NCBI GenBank assembly: GCA_973895155.1
Contig: OZ316894.1
Location: 24,488,709-24,552,708 of the forward strand
DNA from: Marsupella aquatica
Lineage: Eukaryota > Plantae > Marchantiophyta
DNA: 64,000 bases
Reading direction: 5' to 3'
Each line of letters begins with the position of its first letter. Within the stretch, counting starts at the first letter, position 1. The notes below the pieces were generated by a model. It searched no databases. It worked only from the letters and a program-made list of their open reading frames with translations, and was not told the origin of the DNA. Both the position numbers and the translations under genes were made by a program. Of the stretch, positions 10,995-24,349 are shown piece after piece.

Positions 10995-13900
10995 TTAGCT
11001 GGTGTCTGCCCGTGCTGCATATTCACGCACAAGAGATGTAAACAGAGAGTTCGGCCTCTGCAACAGTTTCGAGGGGCTCTCAAACTCCTTCACTTGTCCT
11101 GTTTCATTCCCACGACACCAACCTTGTGAGTTCTGTGCACTGTACACTCCTCTAGGGGGCATACGAATGGGTTCTAACAAAAGAGAAAAAAGATTCTCAC
11201 ACATGGGCATTTTATCATCGTCACATTATTGCTTCAAACATCAATTGGTTGCTGGCATCTTCACCTATCGCTGCCAAGAAAAGTCTCAAAATTGAAGTGT
11301 TCGAGAACTTGAAATGCAATTGTTTTTACAGGGTTCTCTTATGTCGCCATTTCTAACACTCAAAATTCTTCCTATGTCACTTTGAAAAAACAATTATTAC
11401 GTTAGCACATTTCCTTTGGTATGGGTCAAAATTGATAACAGGGAAAAGTGGCCTTTTAAGAATCCCCATGTCCACGACCCGGATCCAAGGTAAACAATAG
11501 ACTTCATCGCAGGAAAAGTCTGCCATGATGGCCTGGATTGTAAGTGACGTACCAGCATCCAAAACCAAAACTTTGTCACTATCCATAACACTTGGAATTC
11601 GATGAGCAATGCTGATCACCGTGCAGTCTTTGAACTCTTCTCTTACGGTTCTCTGAATAATTACGTCAGTTTGCGCATCTACTGACGCAGTGGCTTCATC
11701 CAGGAATAAAATGCGACTCCGCTTTAGAATGGCACGCCCCAAGCAGAACAGTTGCTTCTGACCCACACTCCAGTTGTCACCGTCATCCGCAACTGCAGGC
11801 GGATCATCGAAGAGAGTTCGACTAATCAGTACGCTTCTTATCTCTCACCAATTTTGGCACCTTCTAAGAAATAGCTCTTATGACAAAGAGACAGTTCCTA
11901 CTAACTTGTTAATAACAAAAACTCTTTCGAGGCCCAACAAAGAAAAGATTTCTACTAACGAACGTGATGAAGAAATCGGCTCACCTTCGTAGTCAAGTTT
12001 TTCCGGTTTGTCTTGGATGATATCCGCAAGTTGGCACTTCCGGAGCGCCTGCACATCAAATTTTCGATTAATGCAAGCCCCCACCCTTCAAGCCAAATTT
12101 CTGAAGGATTGGAGAGTGAAGCCACATTCCACAAAAACTGATGTGTAGGTTTCTCAAAAACACATGAAGGGGGCGGGGGGGGGGGGGGGAATGCCAGTCA
12201 CAAATGACGTTCAGAAAGGAGTGCACTAAAATGATCAGGTCGGCCAGGACACTGTCCGAAAGGACTAGGGTACAGACCTCCCAAATTTGTTCGTCACTGT
12301 AAATTCCCAAGGGATCAATGTTGCTTCGGACTGTTCCCTGGAAAAGAGTTGGTTCCTGTGGGATAATGCCAAGCTTGGATCTCAGATCGCTTAGCCCTAA
12401 GTTGGAAATGTCTACACCGTCGACATATATTCGGCCTCCAGCTGGCTCAACTAATCTGAACAGAGCCTGGAGGAGTGTGGATTTTCCACTACCAGTTCTC
12501 CCAACAACACCCACGCTCTCTCCTCCTCGAATAGTCAAGCTCAAACCCTTCAGCACTAATGGTGTATCTGGGCGGTAGCGTAGCTGCAGAAGACGAGCAA
12601 CAACAGAGTTTAGTCGTCGTCGATTGACACCTTCTTTGAACTTTTGCCCGAAACAACTTCATCCGGCAGTGCAAACTTTATACCAAATCGAAGATAGCGT
12701 TACCTTCAAGTCTTGGAGGACAATGGTTCCTTCCTGTGGCCACTCTGGAGATGGCCGAGAGTCTTCAATGACCAAGGGAGCCTCGCTTGGAATATCAGTA
12801 TATTGACTAATGCGCTCAACTGCAACCATTTTGTTTTCAACTTGACAAGCCAGCAGGACAACCCAGTAGAGGCTTAAATTGAGGGCGAAGCCATAAGACA
12901 GCGAGAGGCCCACAAGATCTGCACCAAAATTCAATTTATTGTGAGCCTATCAGGAGTTTACGGAGGAGCTCCAAATCTCTCAAATTAAAGAAGTATTATC
13001 CAGAGTATCTCAGATCCACAGCCTAGAAGTTCAAAGTTTATATTCAGGATTTGTGAACTAGGGAACCCTTCCATCCATGTAATGGACACGAAGCTTTCTG
13101 ACAATAGGTCGAAACTTGAAAAGACCAACATTACTTAATGGAAAAGAAAAACCGTTGAAGAGGAAGACCACAAAGACGAATGTCACAAAGCACCGTGAGG
13201 CAGATACCAGGATTGATCATGCTTCTGGGAAGAGTAACGAGCAGGAGAGCTGTGAAACATAGAACAATTGTGCCGAGCATCTCAAGTCGGAAGCCAAGCC
13301 ATTCATTTGCACCGTTGTTGTGAAAATCCATCCGTAAATTCCCATTAACACGGATGACGTTCACGTCAGAAAACTGATCTTGTTTGCCGAAAGAGCGAAT
13401 GGTTGTGAAACCCGCAACAGTTTCTGAAAAGTGATCAATGATGGGTGCCTTCGTGATGGCATCCAACCTTGTCAACTCCCTTGATGATGGCATAAAGTAC
13501 GCCTGAAAATGCCAATCCAGATCTTAATATGAAAACGGTTGGCATTAAGATTCATGTCGCGTGAGAAACAGCAAACGCTCAAATCTTTTTCAAGAAATCT
13601 CAGTCACTGTCACATTGTCACATTAAAGATGTAAGGAGTAAAGGTGAGCGTTCACAAAGCATACTTGATATGAGAAAAAGGCATAAGTGAGCGGCAGTAT
13701 CACGAAGAAAATTGGCGGAGTGATCTGGATCATGACGAACAAAATTCCAAATGTCGCAAAGTAGACACCAAGAATCGCCCCAAATGTGAAGGCTAGGATA
13801 ACATCCATGACCGTCTGATCTGTAGAGGTCTGCACAAACCGAAGTATCTTAGTCCTTAAAAATTTAGTCTTGGAAATTTAAATTTGCATATGCGAATAAA

Positions 13901-16900
13901 GTTTTAAGCGTCGTTCTCAACACCATGCAAGGCCTGCACGCTGCCAGATAGGAATAGCATGGAACATGCAATATACTGACGTAATCGTCTGGAGCTTACT
14001 CTGCTCAAAATCCTGCCAGATGGTGTAGTGTCAAAGAAGGACATCGGTGCTCGGATGATGCTGTTCAGCATTTCCAGAAAGAATGCCTGTGCAGTTTTCA
14101 AGCCAAGGGTGGTGCCCAGAACAGTGCGAGCAAGTACCATCAGCCAGCTTCCCAACGCAAAGGAGGAGTAGACCCAGAAGAACTTTCCTTTTCTAAACTG
14201 AAATCGGTTATTTTCAGAAGTTTCATAAGCAAGCCAGTAGTCTCCGCAAACGAGGAGGCCTTGCCATAAAGTTTGCATGCCGAGCAGGGCGACAACTCCA
14301 GACCAGCCATAGGCTTTTGTGAGATATTGCCCGTACACATTCGATGACACACGACCAATTGCTCTTTTTTCTTCCGTCACAAGTGTAGATGGACCCTTCT
14401 TCGATTCCTTCTTTGAAAGATGCGAGTCCAAGCGTCTGGGACTCGACACATTCTGCTGCTCCGAGTGATCTGCTTTGTGCCGGGTCCGAGGGGATCCAAG
14501 ACCGTCCTTAAGCGACGAGCTGTCTTCTACATCAAATTCACTAGTATTTAACTCTTCTCCATCCTTGACTGTACCAACTTTATCCAATGACTGATCATGA
14601 GCAAGAACTAAAGATTCAAAGTCTTTCCCTTCTCTGAGAATTTGATCATACTTTCCAGCTTGTACAATCTTACCGTCACGCATTACCTGCCGTACACAAT
14701 AAACATGGGCAGGTCAGTTGTAGCAGTAGGAAGAATTCTCCCTTTCCAACAAAGTTTCCGAGATTCACTTAAGAGATGCTAGGCCCTTACGCTTGAGTAG
14801 CTGATATAGCTCACATCATAGCTCAAAAAACATGCTGAATCAAAATATATCTACTGTAGTGAAATTCTATCTGATTATGGTGTTACTAACTTGCATTCAT
14901 AAACAAATTATTTGCAGAGTACGATATTCAAGTAATTTACCAGAATCTGATCAGCACCATGTAGGAACTCCACTTGGTGGGTCACCAGGAGCACTGTCTT
15001 TGACTTTAAGGCCCCACGGATGCACTCCTATTTGAGAAATAACCCACTCAAATTAGCGTTTGACATTGAAAGTGATGCAAGTTGGTTTGACGTTGATTGT
15101 TTCCATTATCAAAACAACCAGAGAGCAATCTAAAGCCATTTCACGATGAAGATGTCAGTCTATTTCTACAACAACATACTTTAAACAGTGCGGATCCTGT
15201 GTGCGCATCGACTGCACTGAAGATATCATCCAGCAGGTAGATGTCACAATCTTGATAAACAGCCCGTGCAAGTTGTATTCTCTGCTTCTGCCCCCCACTG
15301 AGATTGATTCCGCGCTCTCCGATCTCCGTCTGGTCACCGTGCTCCATAATCTCGAAATCCCTTTCCAGTGAACAGACGCGAATCGTCTCAAGATATTTCT
15401 CCCGGTCCATTGGAAGGCCAAACAGGATGTTTTCTTCGATGGTGCCACTCTGGATCCAGGCGGTCTGAGCAACATATGCTGTGCTTCCACTTATTGCCAC
15501 CTGGTGTCCAGTGTCAATCGATGAGAGCAACCTCATTGTGGGCTAAACATAATTGGTAGCATAACTGCATATGTAACAAGCTATACTAAAACGAATCTCA
15601 AAAGGGGATCTCATATGGAGAACTTTCATTGAGGTCAGAAGTAAGATAATCCTACCCGGCAGCAAATTGTGTCATGACAAAGAAAAAGGAGTGGAACAGT
15701 ATCAAACTTCATTACTAGTCAAAATCAGAAAAGTATAATTATTCATTGATCATAAAAATGTCTTTGATGGATTTAAGGGAAGTAGTACCTTGCCAGAGAG
15801 TTTGGGCATTTCACCCAATATAGATGACAGTAAAGACGATTTCCCAGATCCAACCATGCCAACCACTGCAACTAAGGAGCCCCGCTTGACATTAATATTT
15901 ATGTCACTCAAAATTGGCACAGTGCTTTCATCATCCCACGTGAAGGAACCTCCCCCGACAGCAATTGCTGTTTCTGCACCAGAGGGCAGTCTAAGGACAG
16001 CCTCTTTATCCAGTTCACCGCTCACCATGAATTTATCAAGTCGATCAAGTGACACGAGAGCCTGGGAGATTGCAATTAGAGCCTGAGGGAACAGTCTCAC
16101 AGGCTCCATGAGGATACGAAAGGTGGCAGTAGCAGTGAAGACTCTTCCTGGTGTAAGTTCCACGTTGAGCAACATACAAGCCCCAAACGTTACAACTGAA
16201 ACGAGAGATGGAGAGATCCATAGAGAGACGATGTTGCCCGATAGTGACACCCAGTACTTGACAAGCCACCCGTATTCTGATTGCCGGAACCCTTCCACTC
16301 GTTTCCTGAAGTGTTGTTCCCAAGACTGAAGCTTGATTATTTTCATGTGATTGAGTACCTCACTTGTGGCCTTCAACCGTAAATCGCGCATCTTGGCAAG
16401 AAAAGTAAGGAAACCCTTCTGCTGCCTTGAGCCGATCATGGTGATAAACACCAGGGAGACCATGGTAATTAGACCTGCCAGCATGGAAATCCCCACCACC
16501 GAGTAGAGAATGGCGAGCGCGACAATGATTTGCAGGGGCAGGACCCACAAATTATGCAACTGGATGACTACATCCGACAGTTGCTGAACATCCACGGACA
16601 TGTATTGCACAATTTGCCCCAGTCCGTGTGATTGTCGCGCTGAACTTGATAGTCTCAAACCCTTTTGGTAAACGGATGTAATAAGAGAAGCTCGGACCAG
16701 CATACCAAGCTTCTGGCTCTCGAAATTGTAGTGATGGCCGCACAAGACTTGGATGCATGTGGCAGCAAAGAGAATGAAGGTAAGGAAGTAGCCCTCATAT
16801 TCAGATGAGCTGGATCCAGAGGAGAAATCTACAAATCTCTGGATGAGCATCGGACCTATGTACAGCACACTTAGTCTCGCAAGGGCCAATCCACCGATGA

Positions 16901-17867
16901 AAGAGAACTGTTGCCAGAAGCACCTAATCAGAGTCAATCGGACCGGATGCTGGACGTCCTCATTGGGCCAATGGGACGTAAAAAGATCGTACATTATCTC
17001 AGCTCTGTCATCTGGTGCTACAAAGGGAATATCACTGGCATTAAAGGGGTTGAGAGATCCCCTGAAAAGGAGAGAGTTCATCCAGTACCATGTGGCCCTG
17101 CTCCAGACACTCGCTGTGGCGAAGTCAGTAATGAACGGGCCATCAGTTTCCCCGGAGCTTTCACTCAAAAGCGGTTCTATCAGTTCCGGAACCAATTCTT
17201 CCACGACTAGCCCAGTTTCCCCTCGGATGGCAACTACCAGCAAAAACAGGGAGATGAAGAAGATGATGATCGCCGTAACATCATCAAGACTGATAGGATC
17301 AGACGGGGAGCCTCCAGTGGCGAACTGAATGACTGCAGAAACAAATGCCCAAGTCGAGAGAACAGATGTCGCAACCCACCAAGCACGTAGACTTAGAGGA
17401 TGCTTTTCAGCAGTAGCTTGCTTCTCATGACCAACAATCGCGACAATGATCAACCATGCCGAAAACTGAAGGGCTGCGAAAGTAAATTCCAGGATGGACT
17501 CCTCGTCCCAGTTGGTCACAAACATAACCCAAAACCTCCACATAAGAACAACGAGAAAAACAAGGCTTCCAAGACCTGTGAGAGAAAGGGTGGCAACATA
17601 AATTCGTCCCACTTTGGAAACTTTCCTAACAGGGTGCGGTAATTTGGGCTCAGTTGCATTTTCCTTCCCCGTAGGCTTCCTGGTCAATCTTGTCCTGCGG
17701 TAAACCGACCAGAGCTTGCCAATAGCTATGTAGCTGAAGACAGCTAGGAAGACACAATTAATGACAAATGTGCAGAGCCGAAGCGCACATGGCGCAGTTA
17801 GGATGAAATAAGCCCATTCGATCCAGCTGGAGGTTGGTCCCCCCAGACCAGTGCAATAGGACCACAT
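10995..17867 (-). CDS. ABC transporter subfamily C (MRP-type, ABCC4/14-like), 11 exons, about 1520 aa
   Basis: Exons 17867-15789, 15500-15180, 15027-14941, 14686-14000, 13829-13665, 13502-13208, 12918-12704, 12583-12278, 12048-11985, 11792-11553 and 11098-10995 are all GT-AG and sum to 4563 nt in frame. Architecture is TMD0, TMD1, NBD1 ([22 protein letters not shown]), TMD2 ([13 protein letters not shown]), NBD2 ([25 protein letters not shown]). Confidence 0.95.
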
Positions 17868-18553
17868 TTCAAAGTTGTATCAGGACCACACCCGGCGCGC
17901 TCAACTGCACACGAAGAACAGAAACCCCAACGGGGTACAGGTCAGATCAAGAGGAAGAGATTATCAACGATTTCATCAATCATATACACATCAATCCGCT
18001 CTGAATCTCGATCCGCGTTCGTACCCAGAGCAGACTGAAATTCATTCATTGTAAAGGCCGGTGACAGAATATTATCATACAATTGACCTTTATGAACAGG
18101 GGAACTCGGTCGCACTACAGAAGCAAGAGGTAGCTGCCGTGCATGAAACAAGTCTCAGATTGTTCCAGACAATGTCGGCCTTGTGAGTGGAAAATTATCC
18201 CGGGAAGTAAGCGATGACTACCGTCGCTTTGGGCTACAAAATTTCACGATCCGCTCAGTGACTTGATCACCCAGACAGAAGTAGACATTTCATCTCTGGG
18301 CATCCGAAATGTCACCAATTCAAGGCTTTTAACAACTTTCCTCCAAAATGATGCGCCTTCGAAAGACCTTAGCTTCCCAGTGAGCATTTCATGAAATCGA
18401 GGCACACAGTCTCAGTGGGGAAAATGATAAGGTAGATTTCTCTACCTCGCTCTCCCTCACAGGCAGGACAGGATGTTTCACCACGAATCCTTCTCTTGAG
18501 ACGCTTCTTCACAACAGAATCATTCGGTCAGTCCACGTCATCTGTCAAACCAG

Positions 18554-18582
18554 CTTCTTCTTCTTCTTCTTCTTCTTCTTCT
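18554..18582. repeat. (TCT)n microsatellite upstream of the ABCC gene
   Basis: About nine TTC units are visible directly. Confidence 0.85.
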
Positions 18583-19874
18583 CGCTCACGAGTTCTCTCC
18601 GAACTCGGCCATCTTCGGATAATGGTTGTCAGCTACACCTCTAGAACTAACTTTCACGACCATTCCATTACGTACCCGAGCACATATGCCTATCTGCTGA
18701 CCAGTGGAAATCCTGAACCAAAGTCAGTCCTGTATTATTGATACAGAGAGATCTCTGGAGCTCACAAGCTATTCAGTCAGCACTCAGCAGTCCGTGGCAA
18801 CCTGGTCAGCTGACATGCCGAGTCTGCAGAGACCCGCTCAACCAGGACTGTTAGGTAGTAGTGCCAATCCTCACCCCTCCGTTTGACCCAATCAAGTTCT
18901 CCGCACCTTCCTCTCAATGGAGAGCAATGGACCGTCTCGCTCATCAGCTCATCCAACCACTGAGCCTCATTAGTGCAAATCGTCGTCAAATCATGACGCC
19001 TGCGATGCAATGCAGCGATTGCAGCTCCCCGAGCTGTGAGAGTTGCAGAGCTCTAGTCCACCGAGCAAGATGCGTAGCTCCGCAGATTGTGCTCAAATTA
19101 TCAGACGTCGTACAGTTAGAATTATCACCATCCGTTCTCTCACTTCTCTCAACGTCACATTGCATCGCATCATCGCATGCCTTGGAGCACAGCTGACGGG
19201 CGGGCCCTTGTGAAGTTTGACTGGGCGGTGAAACGATGCTTTGCCCCCATAGCCGCCCTTGACCGCTTCCGCCCTGTCTGTAATAGTGGGGCATACACTG
19301 TCTGCAGTGTCTGGCTTTCTTATTATTATTCGCAACGAGAGAATCTCCTTTCCCGTCGCCGGGCTTCGCTGTTCTTTGGGTTGCTCGCGGATTACCCCCG
19401 CAAACACATTAATTAATCACACCTTTTGGATAAATTTTGTAGTAACCACTTTAACGCAAGAATAAATTATTTTTGGGTGACTTGGTACATGTGCCCTCGA
19501 TGCTTATTCTTGCACAAATTGTCGTCTCCACATTTGCAAAGTGTTGGCCCCACTTCTATCCCCACATGTAATTCTTCTGTACACAACTATGATCTACAGT
19601 AGCTTCTAAACTATTGTAAATCCCTTTAAAAAATGGTGGGTCTCTAATGTTTTGCTCGTAATAATTAGGTTGGTGAGAAGTAAGTGACTCAAAACATAAA
19701 CTTGGGAAAGAGAACACTGAGTTCTAGTTAAGTGGGGAGGGGTTGGCATCATCTTGATGTTTGTTTTCTCACTCCCCCTTGGAATAAGACAAGCACACTA
19801 ACTTTTTACAGAAAGGACCAAACAAAGTACAATAGAACAAACAAAAGAGGTCCTTGGAATCCATCACACTCTTA

Positions 19875-20258
19875 GGGCCGTCTTGCATGTAGACGATCCT
19901 TCAAAAAATGGCCTTTCAGACAAATGGTGGCAGCCCCTGAGTGAACAAAACTGCCCCCTGAACGAGGCCGTCTTGACGGCACTAAACTAGGACTTGGAAG
20001 GGCAAGGCACGCAAACCTTGCGGCCCTTCACAGTCCCGACCTTTGATCTGCACATACGACAATGGCATTTGCTTTCCCCTCTAATACTCCCGGTAAACTA
20101 AGCCGCACATAACAACAGAGGTGGACACGAGCCCCTCAGCACATCCAACACGTAACACAGGGGAGGATCGAGTTGTTAAACCAAATCCCTGATTCTGTGT
20201 AAGTTTTGTTTTGTGAAAGGCCGCATTCTTGAGGGCCGATGTACATGCAAAACGGGCC
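19875..20258. mobile_element. Tourist-like (PIF/Harbinger) MITE, about 384 bp
   Basis: Left end GGGCCGTCTTGCATGTAGACGATCCTTCAAAAAATGGCCTTTCA is an imperfect inverted repeat of the right end TGAAAGGCCGCATTCTTGAGGGCCGATGTACATGCAAAACGGGCC. It is flanked by TTA and TTG (TTA/TAA is the PIF/Harbinger TSD) and has no coding capacity. Confidence 0.75.
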
Positions 20259-23200
20259 TTGGGGAAGAGATAGCTTAGGGTCTAGGTATCCATACTGTAC
20301 CAACAAATCAGTTTAATGTAATTTTAATATAAGGATAGAATAACATATTCTAACAAAGGAAGGCAAGATTGACAAATAAATATAGACCTAAAGAGGGGGT
20401 CTCAAAAAACAACATTACAAACATTAAGAGGGGGTAAAACGATTTTAAAGTCCAAAAATATAAAGTATGCACATGTATAAAATAAATTGAAAATGCATAT
20501 AAAGAATCTCAATAAGACAAAGTAACCTGAGTAGACTCCCTAACAAGGTAACACAACAAGGAAGTTATCTCCTTTGGAACTCTTGGTGACATACACTACT
20601 AAAAAATCAGATTCACCTGAAACACTAAAGTGCACCAACATTCTTGTCTTCTTCACTTTTAGGCTTGGCATTGGCCAAAGCAACTAAGAGTACTTGTAAA
20701 CCTGTCCGGTTCTGCACTCATCATTTCTTATGTATTTTGTGGGGGTTGAATTGGCAAACGCTTCAAGGGTACAGTAGGAGGAGAGAGATGTGGGACCCAC
20801 CTAATATTTAATATTAACTGTTATGCACAAGGGTTGATTAATGTCCCGATCTTGAAGCCCCACTGGCCCTGGTACAAAACCTGGTGTACTAAAATAAGTC
20901 CAAAAAATTCTCAAAGATTACAAACCACTCTTTTGTCCTCAACAAACCTGATGGCTACTGGTGGTTTAAGGAAGGATTCAAATACATAACTAAAGGCAGA
21001 TTTTTGTGAATTTGACTTGCTTTTCCCCTCATTTTTCTTTGTATTATTCAGATGTAGTTGGAGAAATGTGCTCCCATAGACATGCAGCCCCATTGAATGA
21101 CACACCTTCACTCAATCATAGACGCTCTTCTCATTGCCAAAAAGTTTTAACAGCAAAGTTTGATTGACCTTCACAATCTTGCTATCCAGGGGACTCAGCT
21201 TTCCTTGGGCTCGATCCTTGATCTCTTCAACGAGTATAACACCACTATTATCCATGAAGAATCCAGAGAGTTATGAATTCTTAAAGATTACCCCATCATT
21301 ACGTGTCCACACTATTTTTATTCCAAAGCGTTAACAGCTAACTTTGGCATTCTTGAAATGCATGTCCTGGATATCAAAAATTTTGGGTTCACTGGTTTGG
21401 AAAAGATTTCTTCAATGAACCTAATATAGTCAAATTTAAGGAGAGATATACTTGATGGAGCCCTAAATTGAAATGTCTTATTTAATTGACCCCATGAGAC
21501 CACATGAGCTTTTGGGTACATTGAGTTGAGATCTATCAACGGTCTGGATCACGCATGGGTCTATCAAGAAACATTTTGTATTTTGGGGGTCCACCAAGTA
21601 AATGTCTCCAAAATTAAGAGACCTGGTATTCTAAATTTTCATAGATGAGTGTCTGGGTTCTTGCTCATGTAAATTGGACAACGTTACATTGCCAAGGGGG
21701 GACATCCTCTAGAAATGGTCCAACGTTTAGCACAAAGTTCATCTTGTATGTGGACTCGTTTGCCAGCCAAGTTTCCCTGAAAACATTAGTGAAAACTTCT
21801 TATATTTCAAGAGTTTTCTTATAGGCTTTGTTTTTTGGCTATTTAATTTTGTGTGTGTTACTCAAAGGGAATGACGTGGCAACATGCAAATAATGACAGA
21901 GTCCCTACAATGAGGTCGCAGATAACTATTTATCTAACTTCGATTGTATGGAGTATTGGAGTGTCTTCACGATTATCGTATTGATTGGCTGCCTATGCTA
22001 TGCACAAAATAACGTTGGCAGCTGGGCCCTGTGTCATGCGTACCGCAGTGTTGGCTCCGCCTCCCAAGATTCTTAGTCTAGACATGATCGCCCTTCAATG
22101 CACACATTGCATTGTACTATGTGCTCCCCGCAAGATTATAAACAAAGGTTTAGATCGATGGTAATAAGTGCATTGATTAACCCCTACTTAGCTGCCCACC
22201 CTCCCCTCTATCTGCTTGGGGGTCTCACTATTTGGAGCCCCCACATCATTTGGAAGGTTCTTATGTCAGGTACACCCTTAACTGAAGAAAAAAAGGGTTT
22301 TAATTGTTTTGCCCCTATTTTGAAACATTCTTGGAATATTCTAAGTTTAGTTTTTTAAACCCAATTTTTCCTATAAAAATTTCAATTGGATTTAAAATAC
22401 CCAAAAGTTTAATTGGATTTAAAAAATAATAATCTCTTAGAACCAATAAAATGACTTTATGCTTCATCATGTGTGATATGTCATTTTCACAGATGTGAGG
22501 CCCTTGTGTCTGCCTAATGTACGGATTTAAGTTAAATACTAACCGCAAGTCAATGAGGTCATCAGTTGGCCCCAAGGTGAGTGGTAGATGACAAGTCTGG
22601 GGTTTTGAAACTTGTTGGGATAGTCCCCTTTTAAAGTTCATTCCCCTTAAACTGGGCTTTATTGACACTCTAGCTACACTTACAAGACCAGCTGGGGAGT
22701 TAAGTATGGAAGGCTTATAATGAGCCTTGGTCTTGCTTTTCATTCTGAATGGCAGACGAGGCTAGCTTCAGGGGCCTGGGATACAGCAAGGGTTTGGGGG
22801 GGGGGGGGGGGGGCGCGCAAGACCCTTGGGGGGCTCCCTTCGAGATTCAATGATCAGAGCTGAGTCCAATGATTACATCCTTTCCATCGAACATAATATG
22901 CGATCTTGCCCATAAGCTTCTACACGTTCTTTACAAACTACTTGAAAAGGAGTGAACATCACATTATTGGCACATGTATTACATGATATTGTACACCCTG
23001 GATTGACTCAAAATGAGCCCAATCGGCAATAGATATAGTTGCTTTTTTACACTAAGTAGGTACAAGGTATTGACAACACCTAATGCCACTATAGAGTACT
23101 CTACTGTAGAGTTTACGTAGACTTTATGGCATGTAGCCCATAGCTGAGAAGTACATTGGTATGAGAGCTTTTCTGACTTTTTACTGTTTGCTTTTTTAAG

Positions 23201-24349
23201 TAAACTTTTTGTTTTCCTAGGAGTTACTTTTGTTTTTTCCTGCATTCTTTCTCTTTTCTAAATCATATTGGAGGGAAGAAGAGCGTCGGGCGAGGGAGAG
23301 AATGCGGGTGGGAGCGAGAGAGAGAAAAAGGAGAGAAACGTGCGGCGAGAGGCAAATGGAAAAAAGGAAAAGAGGGGAAACTTTCTCCCTCCATAAGTGT
23401 AACGAGGAGGACCATGCTTGGACCATGCAATTTCTTTGCCCAGTCTACATTTCATTGCCTTGTCCCAATAAGTTGACTTCCCTTTGACATTTTTATCTGG
23501 CCTTGATATTTTCTGTGCGATTGCACAGGCATCAGGTTATGGTGTATAATGTCCCATTTGTGACATTTATACTACAATTTGTGTTACATAAGCTCTCTCT
23601 TGAGCTCCGGCATACTGGCGAAATCATTTTGTAATACTCCGGTGGTTGCCGCGAAGAATGACATCATAGCGCCTACAAAATCAAAAACTACCATTCATGC
23701 CCTAGAATGTAAAGTGAAGCCATGGGGTAACTTGATCTGTTCATCTCCTAGATTTAATATTTAGATTATGCTTTAAAGTAATGTATTTGGGAAAAGAAGC
23801 CTAGATGGACTGGCATGTTTACAGTATCCTAAATCGGGCCCTAAATATGAGATTTGCTTGAGTAGAGTTGTGTTAGTAGAGTTATGTTCCAAAAGTGACT
23901 GTAAGTGATACCCTAAACCGGGCCCTAAACATTTTCTTTCCTTTACTTTTTTTTTTAATTTGAAGTTGACTAGTTCTATATTGTTATTTTTACAGTTATG
24001 GGGTCTAACTTAATTATTATACCTGTTAGCTTTTCACTGGCATAGTTTTAATAGAGTGTTTTGTTGGGTGTGCAATTTCGGTGCAGGGGAATGTTTTGAA
24101 GAATGTAAATCAATCATCACAAGAGTTAAGACATAATACACAAGGCCCTCAGAATCAAATATGAGGAGAAGCTGTTCAATGCCCATGGGATCCAAACATT
24201 CATTACATGTAAGGGGTTTGATTAAGATTATATCGCCTAATGCCCATGCATTGCATAATTATGGTCATCGTGCCTATGTTGCCTTTGCTGTGACAATGCT
24301 CATGAGTTGCACACAATTGTTGAGGTGTGACAAGTGCATGGTGTCATTT

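Noticed and set aside
21318-21539. DLNSMYP in a short minus-strand ORF, resembling family B DNA polymerase motif A
   Set aside because: A stop lies just upstream, and no motif B or C or other polymerase context follows, so it is probably chance.
23828-23930. CCCTAAA words as an interstitial telomere
   Set aside because: There are only about four isolated heptamers separated by other sequence, more consistent with transposon subterminal motifs.
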